In this document: in pieces, positions 1-9,997 of the stretch
Layout of the letters: each line of letters starts with the position of its first letter
How positions within the stretch are numbered: position 1 is the first letter of the stretch
NCBI GenBank assembly: GCA_039096225.1
Contig: JBBPEB010000021.1
Coordinates: forward strand, 372,001 to 436,000
Reading direction: 5' to 3'
Length of the DNA: 64,000 bases
Source: Blastocystis sp. Blastoise
Taxonomy: Eukaryota > Protista > Bigyra: Opalinata
Program-made: the position numbers and the translations under genes
The notes under the pieces: generated by a model
Database searches by the model: none
Told to the model about the DNA's origin: nothing
The model's input: only the letters and a program-made list of their open reading frames with translations

Positions 1-1196
1 TATTCTTAACCATTCATTTCATTTATGATGAAGATTCTCTATATTTAGTAGATATGAGATTATTCATGTTTATTTTCATTATTTCAGTTATATCTTCTAA
101 ATTCCTATTACACCCTTTTATAACAAAACAAAATCCTACATGACTTATCACATATTTATTTTATTATATCTTATATGATTAATATGATATATTATTAAAT
201 TATTACTTTATTTTATTATATATGGTACTATTATGATGGTAGGTGTTTGCTGTTTCTTTATATTTTATTTTTTCTACTCTATTCATTCATTCTCTATAGT
301 AGCTGTCTCTGCTTCTTGCTGTGGCTATTCCTGGTCTCCTTAAGTGTTCTGCTCCTTCTTGTGTGTGGTTATGGTTCTCTTATAGTTATGCTGCTTGGGT
401 CTAGAATGAAGGGAATCAACATGAATAAAAGGTACATATATATCTATATTATCTATTACATATTATATAACTAACCCCACTTTATATTTATATAGCAGTA
501 ATGTATATATTTATATTTTATTTTATTATATTATTCTATATATTATATATTATTATATTATTCAACTCACTCTATCTTTATATAGGTTTCCATAAGTTCT
601 GTTGCTGTCGTTGTTGGCCAATTGGAGAGAATGGTTTATAAAAAGTATATATATATATTTAATTATATTGTTTTATTCATTATACTATTTATCATATATC
701 TTTTATAGGATGGTTCTTTGTCTTTGATTCCTTGCCTGTCTTGTAATGATTAGAAAAGGTATATATTTTTTATTTTATTATTATTTTAAAATGTTATATA
801 TATATTATTATTAGTAATACTTAACTAATATCATCTCTTTATATAGGTTGGTTAGGCTTAAATGGCAAATTAAAGACTGAAACTGTCCTGGTTGAAATAT
901 TATAAATTAAATATTATATATATTTTATTATATTATTTATTATATGTTTTATTATCTTTTTTTATATATTTATTATTATTGTTTTCTATTATTTGTTTTT
1001 AATCATTATTTGATAATATTTAATTTGTTTGTTTTGTTATATCGTTTATTATTACACCACAAAAAGAATAAAAAAAACCAATAAATGAAAAAATAGAGAA
1101 TATTTAAAACCATTTTTATTCGCCAATTATTGTTTTAAGGTGCGTCATACTTTTGCACTGCTTTTCGATTTTATAAAATCACTGAAACTCTGACTA

Positions 1197-1410
1197 AAAT
1201 TTTCACTGCTCACCACTGGGGAAACCAAAGCAAAAAAGTCGTTGGACCTTTTGTCAGCAACCCTTTAAAATTTTTTCACTGCTCCACCACTGGGGAAACC
1301 AAACAGAAAAATCAAATAACCTTTTGTCAGCTACATATTTAAAAAATTTCACTGCTCACCACTGGGGAAACCAAAACAAAAAAGTCGTTGGACCTTTTGA
1401 CAGAAACCTG
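1197..1410. repeat. Three-copy tandem repeat, ~72-75 bp unit
   Basis: Core TTTCACTGCTC(C)ACCACTGGGGAAACCAAA recurs at ~1202, ~1275 and ~1348. Each is followed by a related tail ending CCTTTTG(T/A)CAG. Confidence 0.85.
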
Positions 1411-2475
1411 AAAAAATGTCCATAGTGTATGCTTTTATTCAATTTAATGTTTAGTCTTATAAATATAGAGAAATAATCAACTATTTTCATTACATAAAAT
1501 TATTACACTATCATATCAAAACAAATTCTCAAATTTACTTATATTCTTTTTAATTTTTTATTATATAAAGTGTTATTCTTTAACCAAAGATTTCCATCAT
1601 TATATGTTTTAATTTTTATAATAAACTCATAAATCCACTATCTATAAATATATATATAGTATTTCCAAATATATATTCAACTTGACTTGTTTTTCCTCAA
1701 TTTTATTGCATTTTTTATCAAATTATCATCATTCTCTTTTTATACATCCATATATATACTTTTATTTATATTAAATAATTAGTATAATAATTTGTTGTTC
1801 TACATTTGCTGATAACTCATCTTCCTAAACAATTTATGCCAAATAAAAGTTCTATAAAAATAGGATAGGCTACAAAATACACTGTTATTCAATAAATCAA
1901 TAATTTAATTAGAAAGCATATTAATACTAACAATCAACACAAATATCATATTTCTTAAAAATCAAGTATCATTATATTGATCAAATACTAATACTATTGA
2001 GCAATATTAATTGATATAACAACTTAAAATAAAATTATTCACATTTTATTATTAATTCAGGAAAAGTTTTCCATCAACATCAATATAAACAAAACCATTT
2101 TTATATTAAAACCTATATAACTTTTTATAGAATTAATTCAATTGATAATTTCTTTTCGCAGAAATCAACTAAATAAAATCATAATCATATATTAAATTCA
2201 ATCAACACAATGAAACAGCGTTTCTTTAAATAATAAAATTATGTCCAAGTAAGAAAATGTCAATTTATTATCATCAATAAGACATATATTATCATAGCCT
2301 AATCTATTTTGCTTTGTTAATCATTTAGAACATTATGATCCAATTGAATATAGATAGACATCAAGAAATAACAAATCAATTTTTTGAAAATCCATAGTAT
2401 ACAAATTTGTAATAGAACACATTCTCGGTCATTATTCAATAGATTGATATATTCTGGGAAAAAACAACTTTCAAT

Positions 2476-2548
2476 GGCCGGTTAGTGTAGTGGTTATCAC
2501 GTTCGCTTTACACGCGAAAGGTCCCGGGTTCGACCCCCGGATTGACCA
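2476..2548 (+). tRNA. tRNA-Val(UAC)
   Basis: GGCCGGT...ATTGACCA acceptor stem with one mismatch, D-loop TAGTGG, anticodon arm TTCGC-TTTACAC-GCGAA, T-loop GGTTCGACCCC, downstream T-run. Confidence 0.93.
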
Positions 2549-3081
2549 TTTATTTTTCTTATTATCATATTAACTTTTTATTTACATTAATAATTATTTA
2601 CTACATTTTTATTGGGGTAATCAACGATATTCAAATAAAATATATAATAAGATGCACTGAAATGCATATATATATATCCTTGCACAGTTTTTTCTCTCTA
2701 CTAAGTAATTTGTCACTCGAGCAAATTATTTGATTACTATAACAGCCAATCATGTTCAAAAGATCCAAAACACTATAATATTTCACAAGACACTGGTGAG
2801 ACAATTAATCTGTAATAATATTACTCATTTTAATGAAAATATTAAAATGATGTTTATCATTTTTTTAGAGACACCGATAATTTGTGGCTTTTATATATAT
2901 ATCTATATATATATGTATATATAACATTTAGCATATTTCCAAAGAATTGAAGCAAAAATTATTATGTATTCTTTTTGTAACTTAGCAAAATTACTAGTAC
3001 AATTAATACAATTGTAATCAATTTGATGAAAAATAATCATTTTCGATCACTTCTAGTATTTTCTCTGAAAAAAGTATCAAC

Positions 3082-3111
3082 TAGAGCGGTACAAAAGTTT
3101 CGAAAAAATTG
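3082..3111 (-). mobile_element. Degenerate 3' terminus of the hAT copy at 28726-30672, separated from it by the PLV insertion
   Basis: TAGAGCGGTACAAAAGTTTCGAAAAAATTG matches the hAT terminus TAGAGCGGTTCAAAAGTTGCGACAA seen at 32756 and, inverted, at 35751. Confidence 0.8.
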
Positions 3112-3801
3112 ATTCTTCCGTTCTTCGAACTGCAGAAGGGGGTATGCAAACCCCGCATAGAGTCTGCGCGACGCGCGCAGCCATAAGCGGGGAAGTCATC
3201 CCCCCTTTTTGTTCTCGACGGAAGAATTAATAACATTTCTGAAGTAAAATAACCATGGGAGTGTAGGGTAGTGTGTGTGTGTATTTATTTTTTCCCATGT
3301 TTATTTATTTTTAATTTATTTGTGTTCCGATTCCAACGTGAAACGTAAAGTGATCAAGGAGAAACTCATAGTAATCATAAAAGAAATAAAATACACAGTC
3401 CAACCCTCCCCTTTACAGGGAATATTCATGGAAAATGACTCCATCGTTGGTAAAGTGAGTAAAATAATCACGGGAATACAGAAAGAAATACGAAAAGAAG
3501 CACAGAATGTGCTAAATAAACACACACCCCGACCCTCCCTTTAATAGAGAAAAGATGAAATGGATGGTTCTATCTAAAAAGAAATAATAAAAATAATCAC
3601 GGGAATATATAAAAATAAAAATGTATGTATAGTGATCAATAAATAATATAAAAAGTCATGATAATCATAAAAAATTTATATAAAAAGAGTAAAGTGATCA
3701 AGGTATGTATTTATAGTGGGTGAAAGAAAAGCTGGTGGTGGTGTGGTCTTGTAAAAAGATGTACCCACCACCACGATTATAACGAGAGACTTTTGGAAAC
3801 A
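3112..3801 (+). repeat. Left terminal inverted repeat of the PLV
   Basis: Near-perfect reverse complement of 28029-28720 with only scattered differences. Similarity decays by ~3820. Confidence 0.95.
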
Positions 3802-3830
3802 TGAGCGACCGATATGGAAAAATATAAAAT

Positions 3831-3878
3831 TTCTAGAACATTCTAGAACATTCTCGAAACTTCTAGAACATTCGAGAA
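3831..3878. promoter_or_regulatory. Heat-shock-element-like array (10 alternating nGAAn/nTTCn units)
   Basis: TTCtaGAAcaTTCtaGAAcaTTCtcGAAacTTCtaGAAcaTTCgaGAA, 45 bp upstream of the ORF at 3924. Confidence 0.7.
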
Positions 3879-3923
3879 TAATAAATTGTATTATTCGTTT
3901 TTTATATTTTTATACTATATATT

Positions 3924-4091
3924 ATGGATTCCCCAAAGCAATTTGCTCCAGATTATAAAGAAGGTACTTGGAAACCTTATGGAAATTTTGAAGTTGATGA
4001 ATTAAATGATAGTGATTCTGAAGTGGATACTATTAAAACTGAAAGTGAAGATGATTATGAAGATTATATAAAAAAATTTATTGATTTTTAA
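3924..4091 (+). CDS. Small acidic viral protein (55 aa), unknown function
   Basis: ATG...TAA reading MDSPKQFAPDYKEGTWKPYGNFEVDELNDSDSE...IDF. Not in the supplied ORF track. Preceded by an HSE array. Confidence 0.55.
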   Translation: MDSPKQFAPDYKEGTWKPYGNFEVDELNDSDSEVDTIKTESEDDYEDYIKKFIDF

Positions 4092-4165
4092 ATTAATTTT
4101 TATTAATAACAAAACAAATTGTTTAGTTTTTAAAAATAATAATAAATAAAACAAATTAAAATTAA

Positions 4166-5656
4166 CTAATGTTTTCTACGTTTATTTCTTAATTTTTTAT
4201 TTTTTGAAATACGTCTTTTTCTACGTAATCCATTACCTTCTTCGAGATCATAAAATACCTCACCATCATCTTCATCAAATGATTGAAATTCATCATCTTC
4301 TTTTTTATTTCTTTTATTATTATTTACAAGAGTGACATTTTCTACTGGATTGGGAATCGGGGCTACAGGTGTAATATTTGAAGTGAATTTATTCGTGACT
4401 GCTTGAGACATTGGAACAGTATCAGGTAAAGGAACAGTAGGATCATTTATAAGAGGAATTAAATTTGGAGGATTTGAATCTTCAATAGTAATATTATGAA
4501 TATTTTCTTGTGTTAGAGTATCAGGAGTAGATGAAGAAGTTGGTATAACATTATTATTTGCTTCTATTGGATTTTCTGTTTGTGGTATTTCCTCCTCTGG
4601 ATTCTTACCAAATAAAAATCCAGAAAAAGTATTGTATAAATTATTTACACCACTAACAACAGAGTTTGCAACTTTTTTAACACCATTAACAATTGGTGTT
4701 CCTACATTTGTTGCAGTATTAACAACTTTATTAACGAATGTTGGGTTTTCTGCATAGGGAATATAATTATTATGAAATGTTTTTGCTTGATCTTCTAAAG
4801 ATTTACTTTTGTTAAGTCTTTGTTGTTTCGTATCATTACCTGACATATGAGCAAATCTAAAATAGTTATCAGCTAATATTTTATTCTTTTTCTTAGCTTC
4901 ATTATCATTAGTTAATTTCCAATTATCATATAAATTATTTCTATCACTTACAAGTTTTCCTTTAATATCATTGAATCCTTCTTTTGGATCAACATTAATA
5001 TCTCTCCACCAATTCTTGAGATCTTTGAATTTATTTGCACCATAATCAACAGCATTACTTATTCCATGAGTGATGTTATTAATACCTCCAGTTAATTTAT
5101 CAGACACATTGTATACATCACTTACAGTGTGATAAATATTAGAAAATAAATTACCACCTCTAGAATATAAGTAACCATCACGATCTCTTTTAGTAAAATC
5201 AATAGCACTATCAATTGTACGAGGATTTAATAATCTAGAATATTTAGAATAATCAGACATATGATTTTGTTTCATATAAGGTAAGACATAATCATGAGCA
5301 TAAATAAGTTTTCTTGTAAAGTTCTTTGGAATTCTACCATCAGGTAATAGCCCAGATCCTTCATCTATTGGTTCACTTTCTTCTGATTCTTCTAATGAAC
5401 TTTGTATAACATCTTGTCTAGTTTCTGACAGATATGAATAGAATGGATTTGACGTTGCTCTATTAACCATATTACTTTCTATTCGCTTAACAGCAGCTAA
5501 AGAATTAGGAGCAATAGAATAATTAATTGGATGACGTTCTTCCCCATCAGGAATAGATCCTGGAACAATATAATTTCGATATTCATGACCAGTAGCACGA
5601 TGATTTACGCCTACTAATCCTTTATTTGAAACATTTAAACGAGCACTTTGTATCAT
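4166..5656 (-). CDS. PLV putative virion/core protein (496 aa) with GxG motifs and basic C-terminus
   Basis: Long intact ORF with EGSGLL, RGGNL and EGNGL motifs; ends RRKRRISKNKKLRNKRRKH. Confidence 0.7.
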   Translation of the reverse strand: MIQSARLNVSNKGLVGVNHRATGHEYRNYIVPGSIPDGEERHPINYSIAPNSLAAVKRIESNMVNRATSNPFYSYLSETRQDVIQSSLEESEESEPIDEGSGLLPDGRIPKNFTRKLIYAHDYVLPYMKQNHMSDYSKYSRLLNPRTIDSAIDFTKRDRDGYLYSRGGNLFSNIYHTVSDVYNVSDKLTGGINNITHGISNAVDYGANKFKDLKNWWRDINVDPKEGFNDIKGKLVSDRNNLYDNWKLTNDNEAKKKNKILADNYFRFAHMSGNDTKQQRLNKSKSLEDQAKTFHNNYIPYAENPTFVNKVVNTATNVGTPIVNGVKKVANSVVSGVNNLYNTFSGFLFGKNPEEEIPQTENPIEANNNVIPTSSSTPDTLTQENIHNITIEDSNPPNLIPLINDPTVPLPDTVPMSQAVTNKFTSNITPVAPIPNPVENVTLVNNNKRNKKEDDEFQSFDEDDGEVFYDLEEGNGLRRKRRISKNKKLRNKRRKH

Positions 5657-5780
5657 TTTAGTTTAATAAAATAATTATGATTTTTAAAACAAAACAAAAA
5701 TATATATATATATATTAACAAAATTATAATTTAAATGGCAAACATAATATTGCATAAATAAGTAAATATAATATAGTCTA

Positions 5781-6959
5781 TTAAGTTTCATCGTTTTGCT
5801 GATTTCTTAATCCACTATGTTCTTTATCAGGAAGTGCCTTATTTTCATTAAATAAACCTTCATTATATTTGATAATGAATTCATCAAGTGGCATTGTTCC
5901 GTACGTTTTATATATATAGCCTGACTTTTCAGCTGATCTAACATAAATTTTTTCATCTTTAAGAATGAATACCTGATCTTTAAACTCTGGATTATTACAT
6001 ATTACTTTTGAGTTCTTACCATTAACATAAATTGTGAATGGTATACCACTTTCAACAATATCATAATGCATACCTTGTTCATCCATCTTATCTTCAAATG
6101 CTTTGGCATCTTTTTTACGGTTACTCTCATAATTATCCATCTTAGCGTTTGTTTTATTAGTATCATTTTGACGATTCTTTTCATATTTATCCATTCTAGA
6201 TTGTGTATTGTTATAGTCTTGATGACGATTATTTTCATATTTATCCATCTTTGAATTTGTATTGTTAACATCTTTTTTACGATTATTTTCATATGTATCC
6301 ATTTTAGAGTTTGTAATATTATTATCTGATTGACGATTATTTTCATATGTATCCATCTTTGAGTTCAAATATTCGTTATCTTTATGTAGATTTTCATAAT
6401 TACTAGTCATATTTTGTTTCATTGAAGCTGCTTCAGCATGTATGTCATCATTATTGGTTTTAATTTGATATGAAATATTATTTAATTGATCATACATATC
6501 TTTTTGAGCATTTGAATAGAATTCATAATTCTCTTTATTCTGTTTATATGCTTCTGAATTCAATCCATTTAAGCCTTTTATTGAAGATAATAATGTTTCA
6601 TATTGATAATTATTAGGATTACTAGCATCATACCATATCTTACTGGTAGTAGGTACACCATAATTCGTTTGCCATTGAGATAACATAGATGAGTATCTTG
6701 CAGTATCTCCATTAGCTTTAGCTGAATTCATAGTAGCTATAAACATATCTTCAGGTGATTGACCATGATTTCTTAATGCTTGAACTGCCATTGAGCTATA
6801 CATAGATCCTTGTGCATTAGGATCATGTGCTAATGGTTGTACAGGTTGTTCATCTTGACAAATATATGAATTGGGTAACCATGGATCCCAAGATTGTTTT
6901 TTCTGATTTCTTGATAAAATATCATAGAGAGTTACACTATCTCCTAAATTACTTTGCAT
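5781..6959 (-). CDS. PLV protein (392 aa) with ~18-aa tandem repeats, probable coiled coil
   Basis: About five repeats of NSKMDxYENNRxxDxNxT. Confidence 0.75.
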   Translation of the reverse strand: MQSNLGDSVTLYDILSRNQKKQSWDPWLPNSYICQDEQPVQPLAHDPNAQGSMYSSMAVQALRNHGQSPEDMFIATMNSAKANGDTARYSSMLSQWQTNYGVPTTSKIWYDASNPNNYQYETLLSSIKGLNGLNSEAYKQNKENYEFYSNAQKDMYDQLNNISYQIKTNNDDIHAEAASMKQNMTSNYENLHKDNEYLNSKMDTYENNRQSDNNITNSKMDTYENNRKKDVNNTNSKMDKYENNRHQDYNNTQSRMDKYEKNRQNDTNKTNAKMDNYESNRKKDAKAFEDKMDEQGMHYDIVESGIPFTIYVNGKNSKVICNNPEFKDQVFILKDEKIYVRSAEKSGYIYKTYGTMPLDEFIIKYNEGLFNENKALPDKEHSGLRNQQNDET

Positions 6960-7035
6960 TATTTATTGTATTAAATTAAAAATAATTATATAACAAAACA
7001 AATAATTAATTATGAAATAATAAAAATTAAAATAA

Positions 7036-8073
7036 TTAATTTAAATGAAATTTTTTTAAGAAGAATTGAACAAGATTAATAATTAGATTAGTAGTAGTAT
7101 CAAAGGATGTAGAGTTGACAAGAGCACCACCACAACGTTCAGCATTCTCTTTTGTAACACCACTTCCACTAGGATTTTTAAAGTAGTTATCAGCAGTTTC
7201 TTTACGTTTCTTATCATCATCAGTAGTAATCATATTATAAGCGAAATCAATAGGGATACCAAGAGAAGGATAATAGTATTTTAATGCATTCACTACAATA
7301 GGAACAATCGTTTTAATAGTTTTAATAGCAGTATTAGCAATAATAGAATGCTTTTGTTTTGGATCCATAGGATATTCTTTATCGATAACGACATTAACAA
7401 TATCACGTACAGACACATGCTCATCATTTTTAGGTAATCGTTCTTTTATATCTTGTAATTTCTTTCTATTAGACTTTATATTATTAGAACGAATAGCCTT
7501 CTTAGCAATAATTCTTATTTGAGGAGTTACGAATTTACTTGTTTTCTTTTCTTTTTCTCGGTGACTCCCATGTTCTTTACGATGTTTCTGATGCCTTCTA
7601 TGTATACCTTGACCAAATATATCATCATAATTTTCATCTTCAAGATTTGCATTATTATAATCTTTATCATCATCAGCCATCATTTTTCTTGTTATTCTCT
7701 TTGGTTGATAAGTAGCATCATCATTATATAATTCATCATCTCTATTAGCATCTTCAATATGTTCTTCAAATTGTCTTTTCTTTTCTTCTTTTGCTTTTTC
7801 TTGACGTTTATTTTCTTTTCTTTTCTGATAATAATTATATCCAGCAATAGCTCCTAATGTACCTAATGCAGGAATAGCATAAGAAACACCATTTTTAACA
7901 CTATTCCACATAGCATCTTTAGCTTGTTGAGCAACAAGTTCTTCAAATCCAGTTCCTCCATATCTTACATAACGTTTATGATAAAGATCACGTCTATTTG
8001 ATTTTGGTGGTGATCCTCCAAATAATCGTGGATCACAATTTTGTTTTAAATATCTTTTTGTAATTGAACTCAT
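7036..8073 (-). CDS. PLV hypothetical basic/charged protein (345 aa), probable virion protein
   Basis: Intact ORF with hydrophobic stretch AIPALGTLGAIAGY and FGQGI, SGSGV, CGGAL motifs. Confidence 0.7.
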   Translation of the reverse strand: MSSITKRYLKQNCDPRLFGGSPPKSNRRDLYHKRYVRYGGTGFEELVAQQAKDAMWNSVKNGVSYAIPALGTLGAIAGYNYYQKRKENKRQEKAKEEKKRQFEEHIEDANRDDELYNDDATYQPKRITRKMMADDDKDYNNANLEDENYDDIFGQGIHRRHQKHRKEHGSHREKEKKTSKFVTPQIRIIAKKAIRSNNIKSNRKKLQDIKERLPKNDEHVSVRDIVNVVIDKEYPMDPKQKHSIIANTAIKTIKTIVPIVVNALKYYYPSLGIPIDFAYNMITTDDDKKRKETADNYFKNPSGSGVTKENAERCGGALVNSTSFDTTTNLIINLVQFFLKKFHLN

Positions 8074-8126
8074 AACAAAACAATAAAATAATTATGGTTT
8101 ATTTAACAAATTAAAATATAAAAAAA

Positions 8127-9164
8127 TTAATGAAAAGAAGGATAACCAGAATAATGTTTTTTATTTAAATAAGGATTGAAAATGCGTCGTTGACTATCTT
8201 GTATGATTTGATCTTGTATGATTTGTAAGATGGATTCTTTAGGTTTATCTTTTTCATCTCGTTCAATACCTTTCAATGAGACTTCTTCTTCAATAGGTAA
8301 AAACTTCTTCATTTTCTTTTCATATGTAGATACATGTTCATTAGAACGTTTAATACCACTACCTGATACTTCACCTTGTTCTTCTCGTTTCTCTTTTTCA
8401 CTATCTTCTTCTGTCCATTTCCGTTTCTTTACCATCTTATATACATTCTGTTTACTACCACAATCAGGATTAGTCCATATTGTTAAATCATCACTACCTT
8501 GTTTTAACATAAAGAATTGATGTGGATCATTCATTAATTCTTCATCTGTAAGAATTTCATTTAGATTTGATGGCATAATCTTTAATTTATCTGGTAAGAA
8601 TCCAGGATCACGTTTTAAGATTTGACTATTAATAAAGAAATGAGATACTTGACTTAATATAGATTGATTGGTAACATCTGTATGACTTTGAAGACATATA
8701 ATAGCATTCTGTTTATAATGACGACCTTTAGATAATATAGATACAATCAATTGTTTGGTTTGTCTAGATAATGGATAGATATCATCCAATACAATGAAAT
8801 TATGTTCTGGTAATTTATATGTATTGACTAATTCATCAACAGTTTTAATCTTTTTAAATTTATCATCTACAGAATCATACCATTTATAATCAATTCCAGC
8901 ATGTTCACAAATATCTTGAAAGGATGTATAACATTCATTCTTATTGGATGCATCAGGACAAATTACTGTGACTTGTTTATATTTATTTTTAAGATCCATA
9001 GAACATAAGAGGTTCACAGTTAAGAAAGATTTTCCTGAGAATGTTCTTGCAATAATCAATATGAATTTTGATTCATATGTTTTATGATGGGATTTTCCAT
9101 ATTTAAATTCTAAGACTCCACATCCTTTATGTGTTTCTTTTAATGGATTTATTTTATTCACCAT
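8127..9164 (-). CDS. A32-like (FtsK/HerA) genome-packaging ATPase
   Basis: Walker A ARTFSGKS, Walker B FIVLDD, A32-type motif LSKGRHYKQNAIICLQS. Confidence 0.9.
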   Translation of the reverse strand: MVNKINPLKETHKGCGVLEFKYGKSHHKTYESKFILIIARTFSGKSFLTVNLLCSMDLKNKYKQVTVICPDASNKNECYTSFQDICEHAGIDYKWYDSVDDKFKKIKTVDELVNTYKLPEHNFIVLDDIYPLSRQTKQLIVSILSKGRHYKQNAIICLQSHTDVTNQSILSQVSHFFINSQILKRDPGFLPDKLKIMPSNLNEILTDEELMNDPHQFFMLKQGSDDLTIWTNPDCGSKQNVYKMVKKRKWTEEDSEKEKREEQGEVSGSGIKRSNEHVSTYEKKMKKFLPIEEEVSLKGIERDEKDKPKESILQIIQDQIIQDSQRRIFNPYLNKKHYSGYPSFH

Positions 9165-9233
9165 TTTTATATGATTTTAATAAACAAAACAAAAAATAAT
9201 TAATGATAAGTTAAAGATAAATAAATGATTTTA

Positions 9234-9899
9234 TTAAGATGCAGTAAAGTATATATAAAGATTTGTATTTGATAAATCAATTGGATTATTTAATTGATCA
9301 TATACTTCCCATTGGATATCTGTATATTTACCATCAATACATGGAATAGATAAATCACTTAAAGCAAATGTATTATCAAATCCTTGTTTAGCATATAAAG
9401 GAATAGAAATCAAATCATTATCTTTATTAATAATATCACAATACACACGTAACATATAGATCTTATACCATGAAATATTATTAGATATATATTCATCACT
9501 GTAAGTAATTGGTGTATTAAAGTATTCATCATCTAATCCTAAATAATAAAAGAATTCTTTATTACTAAGACTTCTTCTGAATCCACTATACGTACCAAAT
9601 GTTTTTGTTTCTTTATCATAATAGAATGCACTCGTTTGTCCAGATACAGATATTGTCATCTTCTTACCAAGTTCAATTAATTTCTCAAAGAATTCTTCCA
9701 ATGAATAGTTACCAGCTGGAAATGTATGTGCTGTTGCATTATTTTCAGTTATTCTGAAAGATGGGATATTAATGATATCACTTGTATTCACTAATGTATT
9801 GATATGAGTAATATTTTTACCTACTAAATCCAAAGTATAATTGAATTGTTCATGACAGATTTGACTTGTAATTTTACTTAGATGAGATATTGATGTCAT
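9234..9899 (-). CDS. Putative minor capsid (penton) protein, single jelly-roll
   Basis: FPAGNYSLEEF, LRVYCDII and IQWEVYDQLNNPIDL resemble Polinton/PLV penton motifs. Lies between the ATPase and MCP genes. Confidence 0.6.
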   Translation of the reverse strand: MTSISHLSKITSQICHEQFNYTLDLVGKNITHINTLVNTSDIINIPSFRITENNATAHTFPAGNYSLEEFFEKLIELGKKMTISVSGQTSAFYYDKETKTFGTYSGFRRSLSNKEFFYYLGLDDEYFNTPITYSDEYISNNISWYKIYMLRVYCDIINKDNDLISIPLYAKQGFDNTFALSDLSIPCIDGKYTDIQWEVYDQLNNPIDLSNTNLYIYFTAS

Positions 9900-9997
9900 T
9901 TTTATTAAATGAATTAATTATGAAATTATAAACAAAACAATATTTTTTTAGAATAATATAAAGTTGATACAAATAATAAAAATATCAAATAAATAAA

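Noticed and set aside
1197-1410. CRISPR-like repeat/spacer pattern
   Set aside because: Only three units, the spacers resemble each other, the context is eukaryotic and there are no cas genes.
3275-3544. 89-aa and 94-aa ORFs (and their antisense ORFs) in the TIRs
   Set aside because: The longer ones have non-ATG starts, none has a recognisable motif, and they are duplicated only because they lie in the inverted repeat.
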